A stretch of DNA of 64,000 nucleotides, from contig NC_092670.1 in the NCBI RefSeq assembly GCF_964355755.1, positions 362,201-426,200 on the forward strand, written 5' to 3'. The notes beneath the pieces are model-generated. The model did not search any database, was not told the origin of the DNA, and was given only the letters and a program-made list of their open reading frames with translations. Positions 1 to 13,002 of the stretch are shown one piece after another. Each line of letters starts with the position of its first letter. Within the stretch, counting starts at the first letter, position 1. The DNA comes from Antedon mediterranea. Its lineage: Eukaryota > Animalia > Echinodermata. A program made the position numbers and the translations under genes.

Positions 1-235
1 ACCCTAATTAATTTAATTACCTACTAATACTTAAATTAATTAAAAATAGTATACTACTCTGCAATGTAGGCCTAGCTAGTTACTCACTCCTGTCTAACCA
101 CAGTGTGGTAACAAGTTTATTGAATTTTTAGTTAAGGTAAACTGTCATCCTCGACTGTATTAATTAATATTACAGTACGCATTAGATATTCTACCCAGGC
201 CTAGCAATACTCTCTGAACTCGCGGGTGTGTATTC

Positions 236-1201
236 TAGTCTGGGTCCGGTTCCAGACGGAGTTTTGTCTTAATATTAGTAAAAAGATAAATATTTTGGCA
301 CAGATGGCGTTTCATACGTATACTACTTGATTTTGGATACTCCGTCTGGGGAAACACGCACAAGTCACGTGGTTTGACACCAAGAATTCTTGGTGCATAC
401 GATTATCCGGTTGACTAGTTTTAGCTGCATGCGATTGGCTACTCACTCGTACACCGTGTAAATATTCATATTTCAGAATTTCAAAGACTCAACAACTAAG
501 ATGATGCGCATGCGCTATGTTACGTTTAGACAATGTGTACTTGGGTACATTTATGAAAGTTTCTGAAGGCTAGAAATTATTTTATATGCCTAGTAGTCTG
601 GTAAACATTTGATGGGATTTTTTCCCAAGAACATGAAAACTCGTCTTGATATGATAGGCTATAGCTTCTCCGCAAATCAAACATTGAATGGATCATTTAT
701 TACGCGGAGATAATTTTGATTTAATTCCCACCGAGACCCTGTCCTGTTCTGTGTGGTGGTGTAGCCCTGTTGTGTGCCGGTGGTGGTATGTAGGGCTACT
801 TTATTGGCGTTTTATTTGGCAGGTCATGCGTGCGAGTTGAGTGGGACCTCTACGAAAGAGGCCTAGGCCAAGGACTAAACAATTAATAAACAAAACAACT
901 TGGCATTACGATTTTATATTTCAACAGTCTCGATCGTACATTCAGCACTGTACGTACGTCTCGATCTTTTTCATTTTGAAACAAAATGATCATTGCAGTT
1001 GATTCGAAATCCATATTTACATACCGCCCGCCCCATATAGCCAAATACGGTATGATAACCTACGTCATTCTTATCGGATGTTTGCGGTCTGCAAATCGAT
1101 TTCTATACGTGTTTCACAAGTCTGTATTTTCAGACAAAAATCGCGGTCGAAATAAAAACAAATAAAAAAAAAAAAGATAATACAGACTTGGGGCAAGTCT
1201 A
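236..1201. mobile_element. Non-autonomous DNA transposon, TAG...CTA termini, 10-bp TSD (AcademH-like, tentative)
   Basis: GTGTGTATTC lies directly on both sides (226-235, 1202-1211). Ends are TAGTCTGG.../...CAAGTCTA, each with a local hairpin. An inverted second copy at 63191-64000 shares the same terminus. Confidence 0.7.
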
Positions 1202-1904
1202 GTGTGTATTCTAGCAGCATGCAGCATCATCACAGCGCAACACATTTATGGAAGAGTCCATTAATTACGGTGGTGTCACATTTTATTTACACAATAACTA
1301 TTTCCCTTGATCACGGTGGTTTATTTTTATTACATCTCTATGTCAACAATCACATAATTTTATAATCATGTAGTCAATAGTTCGTATGTCAAGCGATATC
1401 TAAAAGAGTGTGTTGTTATTGTGTTAAGTAGCTTCCCCTAATCTTATAGTGTATATGGCCAACAGTGCTGGCCACCAGGCAAGGAGCACATGGTTAGTGC
1501 TCTCTCCTCATATTGCTGTAATGCATGTATGGAAATAGGAAAGATTTTCATATAGGCCTACCCAACATGATATTCCTGGTTCATTATCAGCCCAAAAAAC
1601 TGAACATCATTTGGATTGATTTTATAATGGTCATACACACAATAAGAAGGTATATATTTAAATAATATGAAATTAAAGTTACTTAAATAGACTTAGGCTA
1701 GCCCTACCCACACAGTGCATCGTAACTGAAACAATATGGGGATTTCCCTTTTCATTGAACGTTCAGTTGAAGTAGAGACTGATTACGATGTAATAAAGGC
1801 AATCAAACAAAATTATATCATTTGATTCTAATATGTCTCAAATATCGTTATTTTATTATTAAAATACCATTGTTTTGATTGTAAAATGTTTAAATTTCGG
1901 CCTA

Positions 1905-2012
1905 GAAATAAGTGCGTCTTATGCATCGACTACATAAAAAATACTAATATTTCAGTCTCCGTTATGGGTGCGTCTTATACACAGGTGCGACTTGTACACC
2001 GAAATATACGGT
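1905..2012. mobile_element. End fragment of a pogo/Tigger-like MITE
   Basis: Repeated GTGCG(T/A)CTT motifs ending in CCGAAATATACGG-TA, a pogo-type terminus; partner end not located. Confidence 0.3.
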
Positions 2013-2209
2013 AGGCTACTATTTGTTTTTTATGTTTATACGATAAGAAATTACTTAAGGGCCTAATATAATATACTTTTTTGCAACAATAAAGCTGTAT
2101 TTCATGATCAGTACTACTAACTTCCATACTGTAGGCCTACTATATAATTTCTCTGCATAACCCAGATTTTAGTAGGTAAAAAATGTCTCTGTAAGCTTAT
2201 TAAAACAAC

Positions 2210-2372
2210 CAAAATTGCTCTGAGAGCCAAAGCTTCCAGGGGGCTTCGCCCCCTGGACCCCGACCGGGGGCCCTTGCCGGCCCCCTGGCCCCCAGCCTAC
2301 AGTTGCTCGCTGCGCTCGCAAAATACTTGGTGTCAAGAAAACCCCCCTCTGATGCATTCTGGCTACGGGCCT
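2210..2372. mobile_element. GC-rich end fragment of a hAT-like MITE
   Basis: GC-rich island (GGGGGCTTCGCCCCCTGGACCCC) ending in CTGGCTACGGGCCTG; partner end not found. Confidence 0.3.
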
Positions 2373-2789
2373 GTTAAAACACACTTATTTGTGTCATACT
2401 ACAACAATGATTGATTGCAATGATTGATTTCAATTTGAATATAGTATATTGATGCCTATTTTTGTAATCTTGTATTTTTCTACTGCAATTTGTTTGGTCA
2501 ATTATTGTGCAATAATATTTTAAATTTTTAATCAATTTAATTAAATTTAAAAAAAAATAAATAAATAAATAAATTAAATAATAATTAATATGTAAATAAA
2601 TTGTATTTTTGTAATCATAGTTTAAGAAATTCCGACCTATTTTGTATATCGTTCATTTTATTTTTCTATTTTATGCGATTTTAATTAATGTACAGTAAGA
2701 ATATTTATAACTTAGTTTAAGAAATCTTATTAATATTTCGTATAATTTGAGGTTACTTTTGTAATTATTGCTTATGATGTTTGTCTTTA

Positions 2790-2866
2790 TGATGTGAAGC
2801 GCCTTTGAGCATGAGTTTTCATGAAAAGGGCGCTATAGAAATCTGGTAAATAAATAAATAAATAAA
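2790..2866 (+). mobile_element. 3' terminus of an L2-group LINE/SINE
   Basis: GTGAAGCGCCTTTGAG...GAAAAGGGCGCTATAGAAAT stem-loop followed by a (TAAA)n tail. Confidence 0.5.
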
Positions 2867-2968
2867 AACATCACTTGATTTACCGGGTGTAGAATGGCAA
2901 AGAATAGGCCATGCTGAGTAACGCATGGTTGAGTTTTGTTGTATTATTTTCTATGAAATGCTATAGGC

Positions 2969-3030
2969 CTAAAAACGCATACTGTATGCGAGTGCACCCA
3001 GGAGAGACACCATATATAAATGTGAACATT
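2969..3030 (+). pseudogene. Isolated relic of the same C2H2 zinc-finger repeat family as 43298-48217
   Basis: CAGGAGAGACACCATATAAATGTGAACATT differs by one base from the array linker. It reads LKTH[5-bp insert]MRVHPGETPYKCEH and is cut off by a (CAAT)n tract. Confidence 0.65.
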
Positions 3031-3349
3031 CAATCAATCAATCAATTTATTGGGAAATTGCACCTTTAACATCGGTGGCACACACAGGAAGTGGTGCATC
3101 CATATTGAACACAATTTACATAAAATGACGGATACGGATACTTCAGCTAATTTAAATTAAAATTAGTACTATATATACTGTGGTAATATTTGTCTGACAT
3201 GAGTTGATACATTTTAGTTAAATATATTTATATATATACATAAAGAGGAAGTAGTTACAAAAATAATTGTTGATGATGAAGATATTAAAATTATCATGAT
3301 AGTTAATATTGAAATGGTTTCCTATACAGTATAGTAATAAAAATTATAC

Positions 3350-4102
3350 ATAGTGATACAAAATAATATATAAAAATACATTCACATAAAATCATAAGTT
3401 AATACGAAAAAAATCTTAACTATACTATACTTAACTAAAAAAAAAAAACGTTATAAAGTAAATATATTTAATGTAAGGTATAGCATGTTAATCATTACTG
3501 TATTTATAGTTATACATTAGTAGTACCAGACTACTACAGTTTAGTAATAACAGTAATACATGATACAAAATAATATATAATTATAAAAATACATTCACAT
3601 AGCGTCGTGAGTCATATGGCCGAGCGGTTAAGGCAGGGGCGCCGTTTACCGTACCTAAAGAGCCAACAGCAACATCGGCAAGGGTTCGAGGCCGACTCGC
3701 TCCTAGTTCTGGTGGTGGAACAAGTCTTCTCGTCGGATAAGGACTATAAACCGTAGGTCCAGTGTACACAGTTATAACCTGTGTGTACTTTAAAGAAACC
3801 CAGTTCATTATTCGAAAAAGAGTAGGGAGTTACCCCGGTGAACTGGTTCACACAATAGCCCCTGTATCAGGGGGATTACCACCTATCTGATAGGACAGTG
3901 ATTAATTCACTATTGGTAATCCTTGGCCACATTGCCTAAAGACATAAAATAAAATAAAATAAATAAATAAAAAAAAAACTTAACTATACTATACTTAACT
4001 AAAAAAAAATCTTTATTTCGTTATAAAGTAGATATATTTAATGTAAGGTATAGCATGTTAATCATTACTCTATTTACAGTTATACATTAGTAGTACCAGA
4101 CT
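3350..4102. repeat. ~200-bp tandem duplication, second copy interrupted by a SINE
   Basis: TGATACAAAATAATATATAA...CTTAACTATACTATACTTAACT...TAGTAGTACCAGACT occurs at ~3355-3532 and again split over ~3561-3600 and ~3979-4102. Confidence 0.75.
3601..3975 (+). mobile_element. tRNA-derived SINE with Deu-like central domain
   Basis: A box TGGCCGAGCGG (3617), B box GGGTTCGAGGCC (3682), core TCGGATAAGGACTATAAACCGTAGGTCC...GAGTAGGGAGTTACCCCGGTG and an (AAAAT)n tail; related copy at 62690. Confidence 0.85.
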
Positions 4103-5010
4103 GGTATTTAAATCTTTAAAGAAACACAAAAAAATGAAAAAAAAAATATTCTAAATTTAAATTGGCCATATCAAAGTAATATTAAAGTTATTCACTTTAA
4201 GTCGAAAATTCGAACCAAAAACAACAATTTTACGTAATTAACAGGTAAATTAATTAGATTACATTTCATCTGGGAAATCGTCGCAAGCGAAATTAAAGAA
4301 AGATTTCAAACCATGAGTATGCATTATGCATGATGCTAATTAGGATTGTTTACAACTTGTCACGGTTGAGAAGGTGTTTTCACACAGATCGCGAGGAAGT
4401 TTTATGATTATGCATACAGAGTAGCCAAATAAGTGCGTTGCATTATGAGATATGTTTTGATTGAAAACTTTGACTGGAAGTCAAAGTTATTTTTTGAACA
4501 AAAAAACATCTGTATTTTGGTTAAATAATTTTTTTTTTCGACTAATTTTTGGTGAAAGTTAATAACTATTATGATACTTCAAAATGACTCACTTTTTTTC
4601 AAAATTAAAAAAAAAAATTTTTTTTTGAATTAGTCAAAGGGACAATACATCTTTAACATTTTGGTACGTGAAGCCCATGCTTGTTTTATATAGCTTTTGC
4701 AAAACATGTCAAATATTTCATTTACTTTATTAACAATCTGGTTGCGTCCCAGTAGGAAGGCTAGTGTCACGTCCTTCCTAGGGTTAGTTTTAGTTTTAAT
4801 ACTGGGTTACCTAGTAGAAAGTACAACCAGAATGTATAGAAATTACTATTATACAGGTTACGCTCAAGTTTACAATATTCCGTTGTGGAGGAGACATTTG
4901 AAAAAAACATTTGGACTAGTTATGTCCGTCCTGGCGTGCCATATTTACTCCATGCAAACCTCCCACCCATAGAAGATACCACGTGGTGGACAATCAGATT
5001 CAGGATACCC

Positions 5011-7061
5011 CATAGTTGCCATTTCTGGCATTATTATGCTTTTTGGCATTATTTGGAGGCCCACGGCATCTGGCATAATGCCGCGGAATTATTTAGCCGT
5101 TTTTAGCATAATCTGGCATAATTTTGTGTTTTTTGAACAACCAAAAAAATAATATACCACAGAACAAAAATAAAATATTTTGTTAATACATCACCTTACA
5201 CAATATCATATCGTAAAAACAGATCTGTTCGGGTTTTCCGTACAATAGTTCTTCCATCCTTTCGTTTCGGACTTCATCGACTCTTCGGATAGGAAGGCTG
5301 CTCGAAAACTACCGTGTGTGCGATATAGGCAGCACAACAAATCCGAAGAGGCTAGCTATTGGCCAATTATGTTGCTCTATTTCAGAGACCATGCAGGTTA
5401 TTGGATCCCCAGATATAGAGACAATTGAACGAAAACATTATGAAAGGGGTTTTGTTTTTTCAGTTCATAATTATAAGCGGCCACACCCCAACCCTTAAAA
5501 TGGCAATTTCCGGTGTAACTAGAAGCTCTAATTTTAAAAAGAATTTCTTCTAGAGAATTTGTTTTCCATATTTCAAATTATGTTCCATTTGCATCGTCGT
5601 AGCAACCCTATATTTCCAAATGTTCTTCACCTCTCAGTGACCATGATGGGGCGAGGTCCTAGGGACTCTTATACATTATAAAATTAAGTGCAATTTCCGG
5701 CCATCTAGCAGCTCTATTTTCCCAATTTGTTTTACCTCAGCCCCAACCATGGTGGGTCTGAGGTCCTGGAAACACTTAATATATATTTTTATTTCCTATT
5801 TTAAATTATAATTGGCACTTTCAAAACTATCGTGGGCTAAGATCCTGGAGGTACTAATAAATATATTTTTATTTCACATATGAAATTAAGTGCCATTTCC
5901 GTCCATTGAGTGAGCAGCTCTATATTTTTTCATATTTTCTTACCTCAGCCCCAACCATGGTGGGGTTGAGGTCCTTGAGACACAATTAATATATATTTTG
6001 ATTTCCTATTTTAAATTATAATTGCCATTTTCAAACTATGGTGGGCTAAGATCATGGAGACACTAATAAATATATTTTGATTTCATATTTTAAATTAAGT
6101 GCCATTTCCGGCCATCTAGCAGCTCTATTTTTCCAATTTGTTTTACCTCAGCCCCATGCCATGGTAGGGCTGAGGTCCTAGAAACACTTAATATATTTGT
6201 TTATTTCCTATTTTAAATTATAATTGGCACTTTCAAAACTATCATGGGCTAAGATCCTGGAGGTACTAATAAATATATTTTTATTTTATATTTGAAATTA
6301 AGTGCCATTTCCGACCATTGAGCAGCTCTATTTTTTTTCATATTTTCTTACCTCAGCCCCAACCATGGTGGGGTCGAGGTCCTGGAGACACAATTAATAT
6401 ATATTTTGATTTCCTATTTTAAATTATAATTGCCATTTTCGAACTATGGTGGGCTAAGATCATGGAGACACTAATAAATATATTTTTTTTCATATTTTAA
6501 ATTAAGTGCCATTTCCGGCCATCGAGTAGGTATTTGTCCAAATTTTCTTATCAACCATGGTGGGGCTGAGGTCCTGGAGACACTCAAAATAATTTTTTTT
6601 ATTTCCTATTTTAAATTATAATTGCTATTTCCTAATTATGGTGGGCTAAGATCCTTTCATATTTGAAATTAAGTGCACAGATCCCGGCCATCGAGCAGCT
6701 CTCATATTTCAGTTCAAAAATTATAAATTTCCATGGCTGTGTAACAGGTTTTTTTTTTTGGGTGGGGTAGGGGGGTGGGGGTTGGTGTTGGTGTCATTTG
6801 CAATTACCATTTTCGCACCCCAGATATTTAGAATTATTAGTTATTACTCACAAAACTAAAAATATAAATTTTGTACGACATGGGGATACAATTTTAGGCC
6901 CTATTTTGTGTCAGTTGGGGTTTTACAAACGTTTATTAGACATAAAACCGTTGGTGGCGCTGTTTAGGGCCACATTTTGGGGATCTGGCATTATTTTTCC
7001 CAATCTGGCATTATTTGAGACAGGATACGGCATAATTTAAATTTTATCGCTGGCAACGCTG
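5011..7061. mobile_element. hAT-type non-autonomous element
   Basis: 8-bp TSD GGATACCC (5003-5010, 7062-7069); imperfect TIR CATAGTTGCCA / TGGCAACGCTG; subterminal TGGCATTA/TGGCATAA repeats at both ends. Confidence 0.8.
5640..6720. repeat. Internal tandem array (~210-bp units, ~420-bp dimer) with palindromic core
   Basis: Recurring AAATTAAGTGCCATTTCCG...AGCAGCTCTAT...CCTCAGCCCCAACCATGGTGGGGCTGAGG; related fragments at ~50800-51020. Confidence 0.8.
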
Positions 7062-7372
7062 GGATACCCCGTTGGCGTTAATATCAGTCGGCGTCGTTTG
7101 ACTGGAAGTCACCAATGCATTACGTCTCAATGTTTTGTTGATTATTATTGACCACGCAACTGCAGGTATGTTAGTTTGTATTATTTTGTTAATACTGTTA
7201 TGTTAGTTTTATGAATTATGGTTTTAGGTATTTAGAGAAAGCAGCTGGACAATTAAGGATGAAATAATGATGGATGTTTTCGTCCGAATGTGTACCGCAT
7301 TGTTGTTGTACACTACATAGACTAGGCTATGAATGAGGTAGGTGCCACCCGGAGAGGTAGAAATTCTCATAT

Positions 7373-9663
7373 GAGGCGCTCCAGCTCAAAATCAGCATCC
7401 AGATCAATTTTTTTAATTCCTATCTTTTTATAAATTCATATTCTTTACATATTAAGCTTTACAATGATATATCATACATTAAATTTAGTTGAACCTATCC
7501 AAAGTTATAAGCCAAAAACTAAACAGCACTTTCACTAAAAAGGAAATCCAGGTTTTTTTTAGAGGAACATGACTTTGAAATCAACAGAGCGTAAACTGTG
7601 CTGGTTTTTGGAAAAGGACAGTCAAAACACCATAGCAACAGTAAAGTTTCCATTGTCTGATTCTAAAGAAATTTTGCACACACAATAACAATACAATAAA
7701 GAACATTAGTTGTTAAAATCATTAATTTATTTCAACATTATCATTTTCAAAAACAGTATTTTCTCAACTGAATGCCAACAAAATGAAAGTCGACAAAGCA
7801 TGACACTGAGAAAATTTATATACACATTTTTGAATTACTGTATAAAATGAAAGTATAAAATGAAAGTATAAATAAAAGTATATTAATAAATTGCCATTAA
7901 AGTTATTGCCCTGTTAAAAAAGTTAAACCAGTATGATCGTCAACAAATTTCATTTAATAGAAAAGTGAATAGATTGCACATTAAAATATAAATACAAAAC
8001 AAATAAAAATTAAAATATTTGACCAGTTAAAATTGCCGCAACTGTCACTTAAAATCTATATTAATTTTATTGCAAATAAATAAATTAAGATTTTTAACTT
8101 TACAACAATATTGCGACAGGACCTCTACTCGCTTGGAGCGGGACACACAATATCCCTTGCCTCAAATTTACAAAACTCTCGTACCGAGTCATAGAAGTAT
8201 GATTGCCTTTTAAATGATAAACCAGGGTATGGAATGGGTTTTGGTAAAATAAGTGGAGGTATGTTGTTTACATTCTTGAGCAACTGTAGGCTTTGTTCTG
8301 GCGTATCAATGTACTCATTGTACTGTATACACCATACATAAATTCTTCCTCAAATTGTTTTAGGCAAACGTTTTTGTTGGGTCCGTTACCACATCTGCAG
8401 CGTTTGAATGATCGGATTTTCTGCAGTTCTTCATCATTTTGAATGAACACCAATCTGCAGTTTTGTCACAACTAAAGAAAAACAAATACAGACAGTTTAA
8501 TTTAACAAACAAGCATGAATGTATTTGTAAAAATCAAATTTGCTTACTGACATTTTTAATTAGCCTAGGCCTAAATTGACTTTATTTTACCTCAACTAAT
8601 TTATTGAATTAGTAGACCATAGTAGGCCTAGCCTAGGCTAGTAATATTAATAATATAAAGTTAAAGTTATATCATTTCTTCATAGTGATATTTAACATTT
8701 AATGTGACAAGACGGATTTTAGTTTAAATACAAGAAAAAATAAAATGTACTTACAGAAGCATTTCATTACATCTAAGGACGTCTACCCTATGGATAACGG
8801 GCCTAGGATGGCCATTCTCCACTTCGTCAGGAAAAAGGCCTAGGCTAGGGCCTACCCCTCTACTAAAGGCCTAGCCCTAGGCCTAGTTTTGGTCATCATG
8901 AGTTGGTTGAGATTACTTCAGCATCCTCATTATTAAAACCAAAATCATTGGCACCATTTAACGCATCTAGAATTTGCTTAGGCGGGTCCTTCCGAGACAT
9001 TACGAACGTATTGCGAAAAATCAGTAATATAAATAATAGTTATCGCTAGATGAATGAAGAAAGAATGTTTTCGTAAGAATTTCCCTGGAACATGTGTTGT
9101 TCGATCTACTTCGCGCAGGCGCGGTAGCCAGATCGAAGCGTAAACATAGCAAATGCGCATGCTCAGTAATGATGTAATGAAAATTGACCAATCAGCAACG
9201 TAGTTTTTACAGATTTGTTTGGGCAGGGTAGCAACAACAAGACAGCAATAAGACGATGTTTAATTGGTTAGAATAATATTTATCCAACGAATCAAGGGCA
9301 GGGTTAGATAGAATAAAATCTAAGCTTTCTGCCGATACCAAACATGGCGGAGTTTGCGAAGGAGAAAGTCGATGATACTTCTAGCGAAAAATGGAGTATT
9401 TTATTGTCGTTCGGGCACTGTACATTTTTGTTTTCAGATATTTTAAAAGAAACACACATCAAAGATTACGGAATTTAACACATTTATATTTATTGGTTCA
9501 TAATAAGACTTCGTGGGTAGGTAAAACACATATCAATAATTCATATTATGTAAAAAAAATAAAATTGAAAATTTTTTCACATTCGCTGAAATTGAACTTT
9601 GTGATAGTTATTACATAGGTTGGTCTATTGCGACACAGCGCCGCTTTTGAGCTGGAGCGCCTC
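7373..9663 (-). mobile_element. Internally deleted Sola2-type DNA transposon nested in the Academ left TIR
   Basis: TIR GAGGCGCTCCAGCTCAAAA, 4-bp TSD ATAT. Minus-strand remnants are CRCGNGPNKNVCLKQF and the C-terminus PYPGLSFKRQSYFYDSVREFCKFEARDIVCPAP (~8125-8265). Confidence 0.75.
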
Positions 9664-10130
9664 ATATGACTTTTCTAGACCAGTTTTTTCTGAGGAATCC
9701 AAATATATTGGGTAAATGGGCTGTAACCTGAGAACTTTCGCGTGAGGGCGCTTTTTTCAAAATGGCCACCAGTTACAGTAGACGATGATATCTTGGCAAC
9801 CACTGGTCATAGAGAGTTACGTATGGTGTCAAATTGTTCGGAATGTACATGTTCCTATTTGATGTAATAGCACATTTTGTCCGAAAATGGCCGGAAATGC
9901 CTCTATTGACCTTTGACCCAATATCCAACAGATATCATACTCCGTAACTACTCGACACAGAAAGTTGTAATTGGTGTCAAACTGTCCAGAATATAGATGT
10001 TTATATTCAAACTAATAGAACATTATCTGTAAAAATGACCGGAAATATCGTTACTGACCTTTGACCCAAAATGCAAGACATTTCTCCTATCTGATCACAT
10101 TTAGTAATATCTTGTCAATTAATTCATTTT

Positions 10131-13002
10131 TTTTAATTTTTTTTTTTTATTTATTTTTTTATTTATTCTGGTATAAAACTTACAACAAGTAGCCGCAAGG
10201 CTAAAAACGTTGCAATTACAAAATTACTATACAATACTTACATAACAATAAAAAGGATGTAAAAAATGAAATAACAACAATATCACTCTGACTCTTTGGC
10301 TCATGAACTATTGTTTAGCAAATTGATTATTGTAGGGATTGGTGAATTTTTAAATCTTTCGGTTCTCGGTTTGTATTGTTGATATTTGACCTTGCCGTTG
10401 CTTCGGAGAATACGAGGAATACTACGGATAGGGGGGAGCAAATAACTGAACTTGTCCGAATTCGACATCTTCTTGCCAAAAGTCAGTACAAGATTATCAC
10501 GCCTGACTTTTAGCAAAGGTAAATTAAAAAATTCTAAAGCTAATTCATATGAAATGTAATTAAGGCCAAGAATAATTTTTAGGGCCCTTTTTTGAACCCT
10601 TTCGATAAGTTGGGTATGAAATTGTGTAATGGCACCATGCCATACAGGGCAGGCGTACTCCAATATAGGCCGAATGTAACTCAAATAAATACATTTCATA
10701 TCGTCAACTGGGGCATTAGCCCTACGTAAAATACAGAGTGTAAATAACCTACGGGAAGCCTTTGTAATTATTTCATTAACATGTAAATTCCACCTCAAGT
10801 CGTCTTGGATAAAAACTCCTAATAGCTTAATATGCTTCACAACCTGGAGTTCAGTGCCACTAAGAGAGAAGCTAGGAGGCGGTAACTCCCTTAACAAAAA
10901 ATTAATTCTCATTATACTACATTTCTTGGGATTGGGGATCATATTGTTAACTTGGCACCAATTAGTCACATCGTCTAGGCTTGATTGCATAGATTGCTGT
11001 TTCCTATATTTAAGTGTAAGGTCATCTACATATTTCCATCCCCTGCAGCTTCCCGTGGAGATATCATTGATTAAAATGAGGAATAATATTGGTCCCAATT
11101 TGGTTCCTTGTGGGACACCACATGTTATTTCTTTATAAGGCGAGGTACAGTTATTGAATTTGGTGTTCATTTTACGATTTGTAAGGAAGCTGCAGATGAT
11201 GGGAATAAGAGATGACCTCACACCCAAATGGATAAGCTTACTAATGACAATGGTATGATCGACTCGATCAAACGCTTTAGCGAAATCAATCGTACATATA
11301 TATATAGAGGCAAAATAATCATTCATTTTTATCGCTGATTCAGTATAAGATTCACCTGGAAACTTTATGTTTGGTTTATTTTTAAAGTTGCACAAGTTAC
11401 GTACGCTTTTGTGAAATTTTGCAGGGTTATTAAGTTTAAGACATCTAATATTATCCTTGTAAAATGATTCCTTAGCAGTTTTGATAGCTCTTTGTACACA
11501 GTTTCTTAGCCTTTTCCATTCGTTTTCCGGTACTCGTTTATATGCTTGTTGTCTTTCATCCAGCAGGCGTCTTATTTTAGTGGTTATCCACGGTCGGTCA
11601 GCAACACGTAATACGAAGACTCTTAATTGGGAAACTATGATTGAAAGCACTTCTCAGTGATAGCGTAAGCGCATCAGTTTTACCATTACAGGTATCAGCG
11701 TCAAATACCTCATCCCAACCATGGCTGGTTATCCACTGACCAAAGCTTCTAATTGAAGAGTCGGTGTAAGGTCTCAATTTTATGTGAACGTATTTTGATT
11801 GTATGATCTCATTGAGTGGCATGGCGACGATAGAATCATGATCACTACGCCCTAAAGGCGCATGGCGTTCTGGAAGGTGATAATGTTCGGGATGGCTCAT
11901 AAAGATCTTATCAAGAAGAGACGTCCCACGTGTATGAAAATTAACGATCTGGGTTAAGGCAAGACTAGACGTGAGTTGGTCAGTGTCTAAGTCGTTAAAA
12001 TCACCCAATATGATAATAGGTGTAGACATGTCTTTGGTGCGAATAGAATCAACTGTCTGTATTAGATGGTTTAACAAATCCTCACTACCTTCTGCTGATG
12101 GTGGGTAATAAACAGCCCCAATGTAAATGTTTTGCGACGTTCTGCCAGTAGTAGGTGACACTATTTTCCTCCAACAACATTCGTAGTTACATAAAGGATG
12201 CTCGTCGATAGTATTCACACAAAACTTTTCTGCTACAAACAAAGCGATTCCCCCGCCACTACGTTCGTTTCTATTCTTGGTAATACAAGTGTATCGAGGA
12301 ATGTTAGCTATTGCTTCAGTTTGATCATTCAGCCAGGATTCAGTGATAACAGCTACATCGATGCCAAGTTTCAAAATCTTAGTTTCAAACTCATCAACTT
12401 TGTTCTTTAGTGATCTGCCATTGGATAGAAAAATTCGTGGGCTTGGGCAAAATACTTTTGTCTTTGGTTCTGTCCTAATACTGATTAAATTATGTTGACA
12501 TTGGGAACGTTTCTGATGGTCAGGCCTATAAAGCCTCCTAGTAGTTATTTGTACTTTAATTTTACGTCTCAGTTTTCTACCCGCTCTTTTCTTTCTTCTA
12601 TTTTTATTCTTAACACAGCAAGGTTGATTACAATGTAGTTCATACTCACGAAGGCAAGGTATGTATCTAGCCACCCCTGTATTTGTAGTGTTATTCGTAG
12701 ACATTCCAGGCGGCATAGTATGCACACTGTCGTCGTTCACTTGAATAGTTCTCTATTGTTGTAACACACTGGGGCTAAGTCACTTAGCAAAAGTAAAGTC
12801 AGTAAATCTCGCTTAAAATTCTCAAATTACATACAAATACAAGACGATCTGAATAGAAGTGACATCCACAAAACAAATGCAGGACAAGACGACATATAGA
12901 ATCAAATAAAAGTAATGAAAATACGGTTCAATTTGAACCGATAGTCAAGCAGTAATGACAGCGACCATTATGGGTGTATTTGTATCAATATTTGTATCAA
13001 AA
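10131..13002 (-). mobile_element. Degenerate CR1/L2-group LINE (APE endonuclease + RT) with frameshift and internal deletion
   Basis: ORF 11598-12740 has NGRSL, ITESWL, ILGDFND and SDH motifs; ORF 10301-11650 has DFAKAFD, GVPQG and YVDD. The early RT domains are missing at ~11300. T-rich tail at 10131-10165; TSD TCATTTT. Confidence 0.9.

Noticed and set aside
3610-3705. tRNA gene
   Set aside because: A and B boxes are present, but spacing is long, no convincing cloverleaf forms, and it continues into a SINE core and A-rich tail.
4116-4655. Kolobok-like MITE (GGGACAATACATCT-TTAA end)
   Set aside because: Only one convincing terminus; the left TIR is too degraded to support a call.
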